64,000 nt of DNA, from contig JANJGN010000052.1 of NCBI GenBank assembly GCA_026770705.1, forward strand, positions 3,534,001 through 3,598,000, in the 5' to 3' direction. Shown here in pieces: positions 13,904 to 26,059 of the stretch; the first letter of the stretch is position 1, and every line of letters begins with the position of its first letter. The notes under the pieces are model-generated. The model did not search any database. It saw nothing but the letters and a program-made list of their open reading frames with translations, and was not told the origin of the DNA. Origin of the DNA: Isurus oxyrinchus (lineage: Eukaryota). Position numbers and translations under genes: made by a program.

Positions 13904-15838
13904 GTAAGTGCTGTGTTATAATTACTCAACAATTCACATTCAACACTCAATGGGAATTAACACAAACTGTGACGTTTACATATTAACACAAAACACAGTT
14001 TATTATAACACACTGTCTGATTCTCAATAACCTGGTGATAGCTTCCAGTTCAGTCCTAAAGCAATGTCTAATACTCACTTTAATATCAATGATTAAATGT
14101 GTTGACTGTGTCTATCAATGTTATCAGTTTATCCACTCCCATCAATCTCTCAAATCCTGTCTTGAAGTCTGACATATCGACAGAAGAAAGATTTACATTT
14201 CTACAGCGCCTTTCACCACCCTAGACTTCCCACCCTAAACCTCTCCCTCTCCCTCTTCCTCTCCCTCTCTCTCTCTCTCTCTCTGTCTCTTTCTCTCTGT
14301 CTCTCCATAACACCGACCTCTTCTGGTCAGCTGTCGCTAATATCTACACGTGTCTGGGTGACATACTTTGTTTTATGACGCTCCTGTGTAGCACCTTGAG
14401 GTGATTTGTCATGTTAAAGTTGTTGTGAAAATATAAGTTGTTGCCCTTTGACTCTCGACCCCAGATCGAGTCTTATTTTTGAGGGAATGTACAACCTCCT
14501 TAGATTTCTGACCAAAATGTCATTTGATTATTTTTATTGAGCGAATGCCAAGCCCCGATACCGAGCGAGAGCCTCCTCATTTGCCGAGTTTAGGGTGATG
14601 AGTCAGCACCTTAGTCTGTAGAGGGGATTCTCCTCGGTAATGAGCAGCCTTGTTTGTGTCTCTCCACAAGCGCATGAGGGGTTTGTACAGAGGCTGCAGC
14701 GCTGGAGGGGGTCTGCACAGGGGTCCTGGCCTGTCCTGAGCCAGTTTTAGCAAGGACAACTCTGGCCTTGGCAGCTGAAAGCCAGCCATTGGACAGACGG
14801 GGCCTGTCACAAGGAGCCTGTTAGTCACTCCCCCCCGTGTCTCCTGTGCTCGGATCCAGACCATGTTGGCTGGTGGATCTGGCTCAGGAAGGGTCCTCCC
14901 CATGGGACCCCCAGATGGAAGGTGGGTCGAGCGGGTCATTCACTTGCATGTTTTTTCTGCAGCTTTAATATTTTAAGAAGGTAAGAATGTAGGAACATAA
15001 GAAATAGGGACAGGAGCAGGCCATTCGGCCCCTCCAGCCTGCCCTCACTGATCTGGTTGTGGCCTTAACTCCATTTTCCTGCCTGTCCCCCAAACCCTTG
15101 ACTCTCTTGTCGATCAAAAACCTGCCTCACTCAGCCTTGAGTCTATTCAATGGCCCAGCCTCCACTGCTCTCTGGGGAAGAGAATTCCACAGGCTAGCGC
15201 CCCTCTGAGAGAAGAAATTCCTCCTCATCTCAGTCTTAAATGGGAGAGCCCTCATTCTGAAACTGTGCTCCCTGGTTCTAGATTCCCCCACGAGGGGGAA
15301 ACATCCTCCCAGCATCCACCCTGTCAAGCCCCCTCGGAATCGGATATGTTTCAATAAGGTCACCCCTCATTCTTCTAAACTCCAATGGATACAGGCCCAA
15401 CCTGCTCAACATTTCCTCACAGGACAAACCCTTTAATCCCAGGAATCAGCCCAGTGAAGCTTCTCTGAACTGCCTGTACACAATGATCCTGTTACAATCT
15501 CACTAACGCCCTGTGCAGCTGTTGCAAGACTTCCCTCCTTTTATACTCCATCCCTTTGCAATAAAGGCCAACATTCCACTTGCCTTCCTCATTCCGTGTT
15601 GTTCCTGAATGCTGACTTTCTGTGATTCATGTACCAGGACACCCAGATCCCTCTGTACTGCATACTGCAGCCTGTCACCATTTAAATTATATCCTGTTTT
15701 TCTATTCTTCCTGACAATATAATTTATTGCCATTCTCCTCAGTATTGACCATCCCCCCAATTCAGCCTCATCTGTAAATATCGGGTTCAGTGGATCCACA
15801 AACCATTCAGAGTTAAATATTGAGATTTCTCTCCCCAG

Positions 15839-16204
15839 CTGAACCCTCACAAGAGTGGAAAGGTGACACTCCACGAGAGGTGACAGTGCAGGAAGGTTCC
15901 TGTGTACAGATTCCATGTCATTATAGTTATCCATCATGTCTGGAAAACCAACCGCGACGTGGAGTCTGGCTTAATAATGAGGAATGGAGAACATCGTCTA
16001 TAGCCTTTCACTCCAAGGATCACAGTCACGAGTTACCACGGTTCCACCATCGGACCCGGCTGTCTGGAGACCTGAAAGATGGCGACTGTTCCCTGATTAT
16101 AAACAACATCACATGGGAAGATGCAGGACCTTATTTTTTCAGAATAGAATTTGACAATGGTCCGAGCCATAACTATTACCCTGTAACCCAGGTTCACGTT
16201 TCTG
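15839..16204 (+). CDS. Siglec gene A, V-set exon V4 (subtype b)
   Basis: 366 nt, open, canonical splice sites; YFFRIE. Confidence 0.92.
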
Positions 16205-18139
16205 GTAAGTGCTGTGTTATAATTACTCAACAATTCGCATTCAACACTCAATGGGAATTAACACAAACTGTGACGTTTACATATTAACACAAAACACAGT
16301 TTATTATAACACACTGTCTGATTCTCAATAACCTGGTGATAGCTTCCAGTTCAGTCCTAAAGCAATGTCTAATACTCACTTTAATATCAATGATTAAATG
16401 TGTTGACTGTGTCTATCAATGTTATCAGTTTATCCACTCCCATCAATCTCTCAAATCCTGTCTTGAAGTCTGACATATCGACAGAAGAAAGATTTACATT
16501 TCTACAGCGCCTTTCACCACCCTAGACTTCCCACCCTAAACCTCTCCCTCTCCCTCTTCCTCTCCCTCTCTCTCTCTCTCTCTCTGTCTCTTTCTCTCTG
16601 TCTCTCCATAACACCGACCTCTTCTGGTCAGCTGTCGCTAATATCTACACGTGTCTGGGTGACATACTTTGTTTTATGACGCTCCTGTGTAGCACCTTGA
16701 GGTGATTTGTCATGTTAAAGTTGTTGTGAAAATATAAGTTGTTGCCCTTTGACTCTCGACCCCAGATCGAGTCTTATTTTTGAGGGAATGTACAACCTCC
16801 TTAGATTTCTGACCAAAATGTCATTTGATTATTTTTATTGAGCGAATGCCAAGCCCCGATACCGAGCGAGAGCCTCCTCATTTGCCGAGTTTAGGGTGAT
16901 GAGTCAGCACCTTAGTCTGTAGAGGGGATTCTCCTCGGTAATGAGCAGCCTTGTTTGTGTCTCTCCACAAGCGCATGAGGGGTTTGTACAGAGGCTGCAG
17001 CGCTGGAGGGGGTCTGCACAGGGGTCCTGGCCTGTCCTGAGCCGGTTTTAGCAAGGACAACTCTGGCCTTGGCAGCTGAAAGCCAGCCATTGGACAGACG
17101 GGGCCTGTCACAAGGAGCCTGTTAGTCACTCCCCCCCGTGTCTCCTGTGCTCGGATCCAGACCATGTTGGCTGGTGGATCTGGCTCAGGAAGGGTCCTCC
17201 CCATGGGACCCCCAGATGGAAGGTGGGTCGAGCGGGTCAGTCACTTGCATGTTTTTTCTGCAGCTTTAATATTTTAAGAAGGTAAGAATGTAGGAACATA
17301 AGAAATAGGGACAGGAGCAGGCCATTCGGCCCCTCCAGCCTGCTCTCACTGATCTGGTTGTGGCCTTAACTCCATTTTCCTGCCTGTCCCCCAAACCCTT
17401 GACTCTCTTGTCGATCAAAAACCTGCCTCACTCAGCCTTGAGTCTATTCAATGGCCCAGCCTCCACTGCTCTCTGGGGAAGAGAATTCCACAGGCTAGCG
17501 CCCCTCTGAGAGAGGAAATTCCTCCTCATCTCAGTCTTAAATGGGAGAGCCCTCATTCTGAAACTGTGCTCCCTGGTTCTAGATTCCCCCACGAGGGGGA
17601 AACATCCTCCCAGCATCCACCCTGTCAAGCCCCCTCGGAATCGGATATGTTTCAATAAGGTCACCCCTCATTCTTCTAAACTCCAATGGATACAGGCCCA
17701 ACCTGCTCAACATTTCCTCACAGGACAAACCCTTTAATCCCAGGAATCAGCCCAGTGAAGCTTCTCTGAACTGCCTGTACACAATGATCCTGTTACAATC
17801 TCACTAACGCCCTGTGCAGCTGTTGCAAGACTTCCCTCCTTTTATACTCCATCCCTTTGCAATAAAGGCCAACATTCCACTTGCCTTCCTCATTCCGTGT
17901 TGTTCCTGAATGCTGACTTTCTGTGATTCATGTACCAGGACACCCAGATCCCTCTGTACTGCATACTGCAGCCTGTCACCATTTAAATTATATCCTGTTT
18001 TTCTATTCTTCCTGACAATATAATTTATTGCCATTCTCCTCAGTATTGACCATCCCCCCAATTCAGCCTCATCTGTAAATATCGGGTTCAGTGGATCCAC
18101 AAACCATTCAGAGTTAAATATTGAGATTTCTCTCCCCAG

Positions 18140-18505
18140 CTGAACCCTCACAAGAGTGGAAAGGTGACACTCCACGAGAGGTGACAGTGCAGGAAGGTTC
18201 CTGTGTACAGATTCCATGTCATTATAGTTATCCATCATGTCTGGAAAACCAACCGCGACGTGGAGTCTGGCTTAATAATGAGGAATGGAGAACATCGTCT
18301 ATAGCCTTTCACTCCAAGGATCACAGTCACGAGTTACCACGGTTCCACCATCGGACCCGGCTGTCTGGAGACCTGAAAGATGGCGACTGTTCCCTGATTA
18401 TAAACAACATCACATGGGAAGATGCAGGACCTTATTTTTTCAGAATAGAATTTGACAATGGTCCGAGCCATAACTATTACCCTGTAACCCAGGTTCACGT
18501 TTCTG
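18140..18505 (+). CDS. Siglec gene A, V-set exon V5 (subtype b)
   Basis: 366 nt, same protein as V4. Confidence 0.92.
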
Positions 18506-20441
18506 GTAAGTGCTGTGTTATAATTACTCAACAATTCGCATTCAACACTCAATGGGAATTAACACAAACTGTGACGTTTACATATTAACACAAAACACAG
18601 TTTATTATAACACACTGTCTGATTCTCAATAACCTGGTGATAGCTTCCAGTTCAGTCCTAAAGCAATGTCTAATACTCACTTTAATATCAATGATTAAAT
18701 GTGTTGACTGTGTCTATCAATGTTATCAGTTTATCCACTCCCATCAATCTCTCAAATCCTGTCTTGAAGTCTGACATATCGACAGAAGAAAGATTTACAT
18801 TTCTACAGCGCCTTTCACCACCCTAGACTTCCCACCCTAAACCTCTCCCTCTCCCTCTTCCTCTCCCTCTCTCTCTCTCTCTCTCTGTCTCTTTCTCTCT
18901 GTCTCTCCATAACACCGACCTCTTCTGGTCAGCTGTCGCTAATATCTACACGTGTCTGGGTGACATACTTTGTTTTATGACGCTCCTGTGTAGCACCTTG
19001 GAGTGATTTGTCATGTTAAAGTTGTTGTGAAAATATAAGTTGTTGCCCTTTGACTCTCGACCCCAGATCGAGTCTTATTTTTGAGGGAATGTACAACCTC
19101 CTTAGATTTCTGACCAAAATGTCATTTGATTATTTTTATTGAGCGAATGCCAAGCCCCGATACCGAGCGAGAGCCTCCTCATTTGCCGAGTTTAGGGTGA
19201 TGAGTCAGCACCTTAGTCTGTAGAGGGGATTCTCCTCGGTAATGAGCAGCCTTGTTTGTGTCTCTCCACAAGCGCATGAGGGGTTTGTACAGAGGCTGCA
19301 GCGCTGGAGGGGGTCTGCACAGGGGTCCTGGCCTGTCCTGAGCCGGTTTTAGCAAGGACAACTCTGGCCTTGGCAGCTGAAAGCCAGCCATTGGACAGAC
19401 GGGGCCTGTCACAAGGAGCCTGTTAGTCACTCCCCCCCCGTGTCTCCTGTGCTCGGATCCAGACCATGTTGGCTGGTGGATCTGGCTCAGGAAGGGTCCT
19501 CCCCATGGGACCCCCAGATGGAAGGTGGGTCGAGCGGGTCAGTCACTTGCATGTTTTTTCTGCAGCTTTAATATTTTAAGAAGGTAAGAATGTAGGAACA
19601 TAAGAAATAGGGACAGGAGCAGGCCATTCGGCCCCTCCAGCCTGCTCTCACTGATCTGGTTGTGGCCTTAACTCCATTTTCCTGCCTGTCCCCCAAACCC
19701 TTGACTCTCTTGTCGATCAAAAACCTGCCTCACTCAGCCTTGAGTCTATTCAATGGCCCAGCCTCCACTGCTCTCTGGGGAAGAGAATTCCACAGGCTAG
19801 CGCCCCTCTGAGAGAGGAAATTCCTCCTCATCTCAGTCTTAAATGGGAGAGCCCTCATTCTGAAACTGTGCTCCCTGGTTCTAGATTCCCCCACGAGGGG
19901 GAAACATCCTCCCAGCATCCACCCTGTCAAGCCCCCTCGGAATCGGATATGTTTCAATAAGGTCACCCCTCATTCTTCTAAACTCCAATGGATACAGGCC
20001 CAACCTGCTCAACATTTCCTCACAGGACAAACCCTTTAATCCCAGGAATCAGCCCAGTGAAGCTTCTCTGAACTGCCTGTACACAATGATCCTGTTACAA
20101 TCTCACTAACGCCCTGTGTAGCTGTTGCAAGACTTCCCTCCTTTTATACTCCATCCCTTTGCAATAAAGGCCAACATTCCACTTGCCTTCCTCATTCCGT
20201 GTTGTTCCTGAATGCTGACTTTCTGTGATTCATGTACCAGGACACCCAGATCCCTCTGTACTGCATACTGCAGCCTGTCACCATTTAAATTATATCCTGT
20301 TTTTCTATTCTTCCTGACAATATAATTTATTGCCATTCTCCTCAGTATTGACCATCCCCCCAATTCAGCCTCATCTGTAAATATCGGGTTCAGTGGATCC
20401 ACAAACCATTCAGAGTTAAATATTGAGATTTCTCTCCCCAG

Positions 20442-20807
20442 CTGAACCCTCACAAGAGTGGAAAGGTGACACTCCACGAGAGGTGACAGTGCAGGAAGGT
20501 TCCTGTGTACAGATTCCATGTCATTATAGTTATCCATCATGTCTGGAAAACCAACCGCGACGTGGAGTCTGGCTTAATAATGAGGAATGGAGAACATCGT
20601 CTATAGCCTTTCACTCCAAGGATCACAGTCACGAGTTACCACGGTTCCACCATCGGACCCGGCTGTCTGGAGACCTGAAAGATGGTGACTGTTCCCTGAT
20701 TATAAACAACATCAGACGGGAAGATGCAGGACCTTATTTTTTCAGAATAGAATTTGACAATGGTCCGAGCCATAACTATTACCCTGTAACCCAGGTTCAC
20801 GTTTCTG
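20442..20807 (+). CDS. Siglec gene A, V-set exon V6 (b/a mosaic)
   Basis: 366 nt, open. Subtype-b 5' half with the a/V0-type NNIRREDAG. Confidence 0.92.
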
Positions 20808-21535
20808 GTAAGTGCTGTGTTATAATTACTCAACAATTCACATTCAACACTCAATGGGAAACAACACAAACTGTGACGTTTACATATTAACACAAAACAC
20901 AGCTTATTATAACACACTGTCTGATTCTCAATAACCTGGTGATCGCTTCCAGTTCAGTCCTAAAGCAACCTCTAATACTCACTTTAATATCAATGATTAA
21001 ATATATTGACTGTGTCCATCAATGTTATCAGGTTATCCACTCCCATCAATCTCTCTAATCCTGTCTCGAAGTCTGACTTAGCGACAGAAGAAAGATTCAC
21101 ATTTCTGTAGCACTTTTCACCACCTCAGCATGGACCAAATCACTTCACAGCCAATGAGTTGATTCCTGAATTTTAGTTACTATTGTAATGTGGGAAACAC
21201 AGCAACCAATTTGCGCACAGCAAGCTCCCACAAATTGCAAAGTAAAAAATGGCCTAGATCGCTGAGGGACTGATGGGTTAGTGCACTCCAAACTCTGGTC
21301 TGCTCCACCACCCTCACCCACTATTATCAGTTCAAGTGTCTCGGAGTGAACGTGTATTAAGCTGAGAGACAGAAACACCAAAGTCTCAAAGCAGGAAATT
21401 CTCTCCTAATCATTGTAACCTCTCAGATCTGATATCATCCTTGTAAAAGTGCTTTTTCTTGTGGGACTGTGATTTCTATTTGAACTGATGCTTCACGTTA
21501 TATTTCTCTAAAAGGATCCATTCTCTGTCTGTTAG

Positions 21536-21832
21536 ATTTCACAGATAAACCCATGATATTCCCTGCTGAAATTATTGCAGGAAAGCGTGTGGATGTAAGC
21601 TGCACCTTCAACACAACGTGCAATGGAACAGCAGCACCTGTCTTAACCTGGGACACTCCCACTGACGTACCTGTATCAGTCTCAAACACTGTAACTCAGC
21701 ATGGTGTCACTCTGACCTATACTTCTGTTCTGACCCTGATCCCATCACTCAAACACCACAGACACAATCTCAGCTGCAGAGTGAGATATCCATCTGTTTC
21801 ATCGGAGCGGACCCTCGTACTAACTATGCAAG
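21536..21832 (+). CDS. Siglec gene A, C2-set domain 2 exon
   Basis: gttAG acceptor, G|GTAAGT donor, 297 nt, phase 1-1. DFTDKPMIFP..VSCTFNTTCNG..LTW..SVLTLIP..HHRHNLSCRV matches Siglec domain 2, including the extra interdomain Cys. Confidence 0.92.
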
Positions 21833-22155
21833 GTAAGTACGGACACCCTTCATTCTACATCAGCACTCCCTCAGCGCTGACCCTCTGACAGTGCAGCCCG
21901 TTCTCAGTGTCCACATTCTCATGCCTCTCAAAGTGCTTCACAGTCGATAGAAGTTAACTGATCTTTATTTGATTGTTGCTGAATGAAGAGACAAGCTGTC
22001 TAAACTTTGCATCTCACACACATTATTTTCCATGGCAACACCTCCTCCAATCAGAGACCACTTGCTGATTAACCAGCACTCTCTTCCCTTTAAATATAAA
22101 TTGTTGTTCACTTTCTGTTGGTAAACCTGCAATCTGTCTTGTTGAGTCCAGTCCT

Positions 22156-22307
22156 GACATCTGAATATCACAATGAACAGAACAAGTTCCAACAATGAGC
22201 TGTGGTTGGTGATTCCTCACGTTACATCCAGGGACACTGGAGACTATCAGTGTGCTCAGAGAATGAACATGGAGCAGTGGAGGGGTTCATAACCATCACT
22301 GTGGAAC
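22156..22307 (+). pseudogene. Broken C2 (domain 3) exon remnant of gene A
   Basis: Near-identical to the 3' half of the gene B C2 exons (MNRTSSNNELWLVIPHVTSRDTGDYQC..EHGAVEGFITITVE). The 5' half is missing and there is a 1-nt deletion after YQC. Confidence 0.85.
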
Positions 22308-23421
22308 GTTAGTTAAGACAAACTTCAACATCTCTCTCAGATTGAAACACTACAAAAACACACATAAATATACAGCCTTAAATAGACACCTGCATACACA
22401 CAATCCCACATCTATGAGCACACACAAAGACACACTCACAAACAAACACACTAGCACATACTCCCCTGTGGATTACCTGACCTCCCTCAGTGCTGCACCG
22501 GAGAGTTGACCTGGATTCTGGGATTTGTGTTCCCTTTCATATTTATGGAAGAATATGGAAATTGCAAAGTCTATTACAGACACTCAGATGCACAGAGATA
22601 CTCACAGATACTCTCTGCCTCTCCAACTCTCTATCCTACTTTAAGAACCTTCCTGAAATCTAACTCTTTGACCAGTCACCAGTCCCAATTCCTCCTTACG
22701 TGATTTTGTGTGAAATTTTGTTTGAGTATCTGAGAGTAAGAGGGAAGTGGAGAGGTTTAGGAAGGGAATTCCTGTTGCTGAAAAGCTTACATCAAGTTCT
22801 CAGCTTTCCAGTGCCCATTTTTCACATGATGTCCATGTTCATAATGGGGATTGCCTATGTAAACATCACGCTGTAGTTACACTCTCCCACCAGTGGTAGC
22901 ACGGTAACACTTAACCCTTGCATCTCCAAGCTTTTCAAGCAATTTCACTTCCTAATTTCCTACTATTCACCTCAACCATTCCCTGTGGGAGCGAGTTCCA
23001 TATTCTCCCCTCTCTCTGGGTAAAGATTGGAACTGTTTATTAAGCGGGGGGTGTAAGTCCGTGGGGGAGTCCATCCCGATACTGCCCGATTCGCACACAC
23101 GGCTGAGATGGATTTTCACCCGGCACTAAAGGTTTCCAGAATTTTCTACAGCACAATCCTGTACACAGCGATGGAGAGAAACATTGGACAGGGAGTCCAA
23201 CAGCACAATGATCCATTCTCACCAATGTTCCACGCTAAGGAGAAAGTTCCGATTGTCCACTCTTAGAGTGTTTACAATGAAAACATTCATTCCACATTGA
23301 ATCCCAGTGGATGGGTCAATATTACAGCAAATGTTGCAGTGATATGAAGCTTGATTGTTCAGCCAGAGTGAGAGATTTAAAGCGGAGAGTCAGTGATGAT
23401 TTCTTTCTGTGTGTTCTCTAG

Positions 23422-23561
23422 ACAGTGGAGGAGAGATTCTGCACGTGATCCTGATCCTGGGAATACGAGCTGTGATATTCCTTGTGGCTGTGGTTATCAC
23501 TATCACTGGAGTCTGTGTCTGGGAGAGACAAACAGTGAAAGGAAGTCGACAGACTGTTTGA
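23422..23561 (+). CDS. Siglec gene A, terminal transmembrane exon with intramembrane Arg and short tail
   Basis: ttctctAG acceptor. Phase-1 reading gives (D)SGGEILHVILILGIRAVIFLVAVVITITGVCVWERQTVKGSRQTV*; this frame is not in the ORF track. Confidence 0.82.
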
Positions 23562-23944
23562 AGCTTTGTACAGCAACAATCTGGTCAGTCAGTGCGGACA
23601 AATAACGTGTGATGTTGTGTTAAGTTGTAATGAAACTGGTCAGTGTCCTGGTTATAATCATCTCCGTATCATCGAGTCATTCCAGCAATGGAGGAGGAAT
23701 TTGGCCCATTGAGTCTATGCTGTCTCTCTGTAAAGGAATCCACTCAGTCCCATCCCCTGCTCTATCCCCGTATCCCTGCAAATTTATTTCCAAGTGTCCG
23801 TCCAATTTCCTTTTGAAATTGTTCATCGAATAGGAATGAACAGAAATGTGACGTTGCTAAACTCTGTTCTCTGATTGGAATGTGCTTTCTGAATGCTGCA
23901 CCTTTTTCATGCTGCGATAGATTGTAAGAAGCATTTGGCTTATG

Positions 23945-23950
23945 AATAAA
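23945..23950 (+). terminator. Candidate polyadenylation signal of gene A
   Basis: AATAAA about 380 nt after the stop, within sequence homologous to the gene B 3' region. Confidence 0.45.
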
Positions 23951-24289
23951 ATTACATTGATTAACTCAAGTGATTAAAATGCTCAGCCTGTTCTGTAGAT
24001 ATTTAAAGATTAAAATTCTTGTTTTGCTGCAAAATACTTGGCTCAAAGACATAGCTTCCTGTTGTCACGTTTTCCAATCAGATGAATTCCTCTGTCCATC
24101 TTTATAATAGAAATTTCCAATGTAAACATGTCACATTGTAACTGCACACTCTTGCCAGTGGGTGGTGTGATACCAAAGCTGTCTTGCTGCAGAGAAACAG
24201 CGAGAAATATTCCTGTTGTGTGCATGAACTTCATGTTAGCATGAGACACAGGCATCAGATGAAATTTTGTGCTATTTGTACAATGTTCT

Positions 24290-24810
24290 TTAGACAGTGC
24301 AGCACTCCCTCAGATCAGACCCTCCGACAATGCAGCACTCCCTCAGTTCAAACCCTCTGACAGTGCAGCACTCCCTCAGTTCAGACCCTCCGACTGTGCA
24401 GCACTCCCTCAGTTCAAACCCTCCGACAGTGCAGCACTCCCTCAGTTCAGAACCTCCGACAGTGCAGCACTCCCTCAGTTCAGACCCTCTGACAGTGCAG
24501 CACTCTCTCAGTTCAGACCCTCTGACAGTGCAGCACTTTCTCAGTTCAGACCCTCTGACAGTGGGGCACTCCCTCATTTCAGACCCTCCGACAGTGCAGC
24601 ACTCCCTCAGTTCAGACCCTCCGACAGTGCAGCACTCCTTCAGTTCAGACCCTCCGACAGTGCAGCACTCCCTCAGTTCAAACCATCCGACAGTGCAGCA
24701 CTTCCTCAGTTCAAGCCCTCCGACAGTGTAGCTCTCCCTCAGTTCATACCCTCCGACAGTGCAGCACTCCCTCAGTACTGAACCTCCGACAGTGCCGCAC
24801 TACCTCAGTA
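24290..24810 (+). repeat. 33-bp minisatellite derived from a DeuSINE-like sequence
   Basis: Tandem gacagtgcagcactccctcagttcagaccctcc. Related arrays at ~31600-31800, 33810-34090, 46210-46490, 53800-54100, 59710-60030, 61810-62045. Confidence 0.9.
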
Positions 24811-26059
24811 CTTCTCCGCCGATGCTGCCAGACCTGCTGAGTTTTTCCATGTATTTCTGTTTCTGTTTCTGTTTTGAATTTCCAGCATCTGCAGTTTTTT
24901 TGCTTTTAGTGCTGGGCAGTTCCTCAGCAAGGATTCGGGCCACAAAACATTGCGAGTGCTGTGGGTCTGCGCCACGATTTAGAGAGCTGTGCTTGGCACG
25001 CCTATTCTAGTCCCAGTCCAGTGTGGTGGGGAGAGTCTGGCAGTCCTGGGTTGGTCGTGCCCAGCATGGTGTGCAGGACGTGGTCAGTCCCTCACACACG
25101 TCCATCCTGGGGGTGGGTGTCTTGATACTAGGCCGCAGGTGGCACAATCCCAGTCAGGGGAGGCATCTGCAGCCTGTCAGTGGGGAGCAGGTAATATAGA
25201 GAGTAGGGGTGGGGGTGGGAATCGAGGGGGGCCGGTGGTCTCTGTAAGTCACAGTACAATGGGCCTCTAGTTGGAGAGCGGTCAGGTCTACATGGGGCAT
25301 TGGGATGTCAACATCAGACAGTCTAGGGAGGAGGACTGGGATGTCAACCCCGAACACAATAAGATCAAGGATTAAAGAGGAAGGGAGGAGACTGATTGGA
25401 AGGAGGGGAATGTGCACATTATGCTCCTCCAGCACGATGGGAGGGACTGTGATGGTTACGGGGGTGGGGGGGGGGGGTGACGTGTGAGGGGATAGACGCT
25501 TACCTGGTGGTATTGCCTCAGCCTCACCCTTTTTCAAGCTGATCCAATGTCGCAGTTGAAGAATAAGCTACAAAACAAATTGGCAGGGGAGGTCTCCCAG
25601 GGCCTGTGGGAGACATCACCCACTGCATCTTCGGCCTGTTTGAAGGGGCACCCGAACAATTCCGGCTTTTCCAAATGATGAGGAAGACACAGCTGCACCC
25701 CGAGTCCCCTACTGGGGATCCAGAAGGTTGCAATAGCGCTGCGAGGGACTCATGGGCTCCACAGTGACTCCCTAATTAGCAACTGGAAGGTTTATGTTCA
25801 TTTATCTTTATTATCCGTTCATATTGAGCTCCTGATTTGTCACCTTACTGTACCTCGTCCAATGCTTCTGTTATCAGGACTTCCACATCGATGTGAAAGA
25901 GCCATGATGATAGCAGACAGTCGCACAATGGGAATGGCACTAGGCCAGTGATCCAGAGGCCCAGGTGAATGCTTTGAAGGCACGGGTTCAAATCCCACCA
26001 CGGCAGCTGGAGGAATTTCAGTTCGATTAATCAATAAATTTAATTGATTGATACATTTT

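Larger units (their letters stand above)
7390..21125 (+). repeat. Tandem array of six ~2.3-kb units, each with one Siglec V exon plus LINE remnants
   Basis: V-exon starts at 8928, 11231, 13538, 15839, 18140, 20442 (spacing 2301-2307). Intronic parts are near-identical by eye. Each unit has an antisense CR1 RT 3' fragment (e.g. 8080-8810) and a (CT)n tract. Confidence 0.97.

Noticed and set aside
7666-20540. Recurrent minus-strand ORFs in each array unit
   Set aside because: Out-of-frame LINE remnants and antisense shadows of the V exons, repeated only because the unit is repeated.
5149-20807. V array as a rearranging antigen-receptor (Ig/TCR/IgNAR) locus
   Set aside because: Each exon encodes a complete V domain ending in a GT donor. 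I saw no CACAGTG/ACAAAAACC RSS, no J segments and no YYC motif, and the cysteine pattern is Siglec-type.
23393-23605. 70-aa ORF MMISFCVFSRQW...
   Set aside because: Alternative frame over the gene A TM exon; the phase-1 frame from the acceptor gives the TM.
24269-24781. 170-aa repetitive ORF (SDSAALPQFRP)n, or a CRISPR-like array
   Set aside because: Translation of a 33-bp SINE-derived minisatellite, open in several frames, with no unique spacers.
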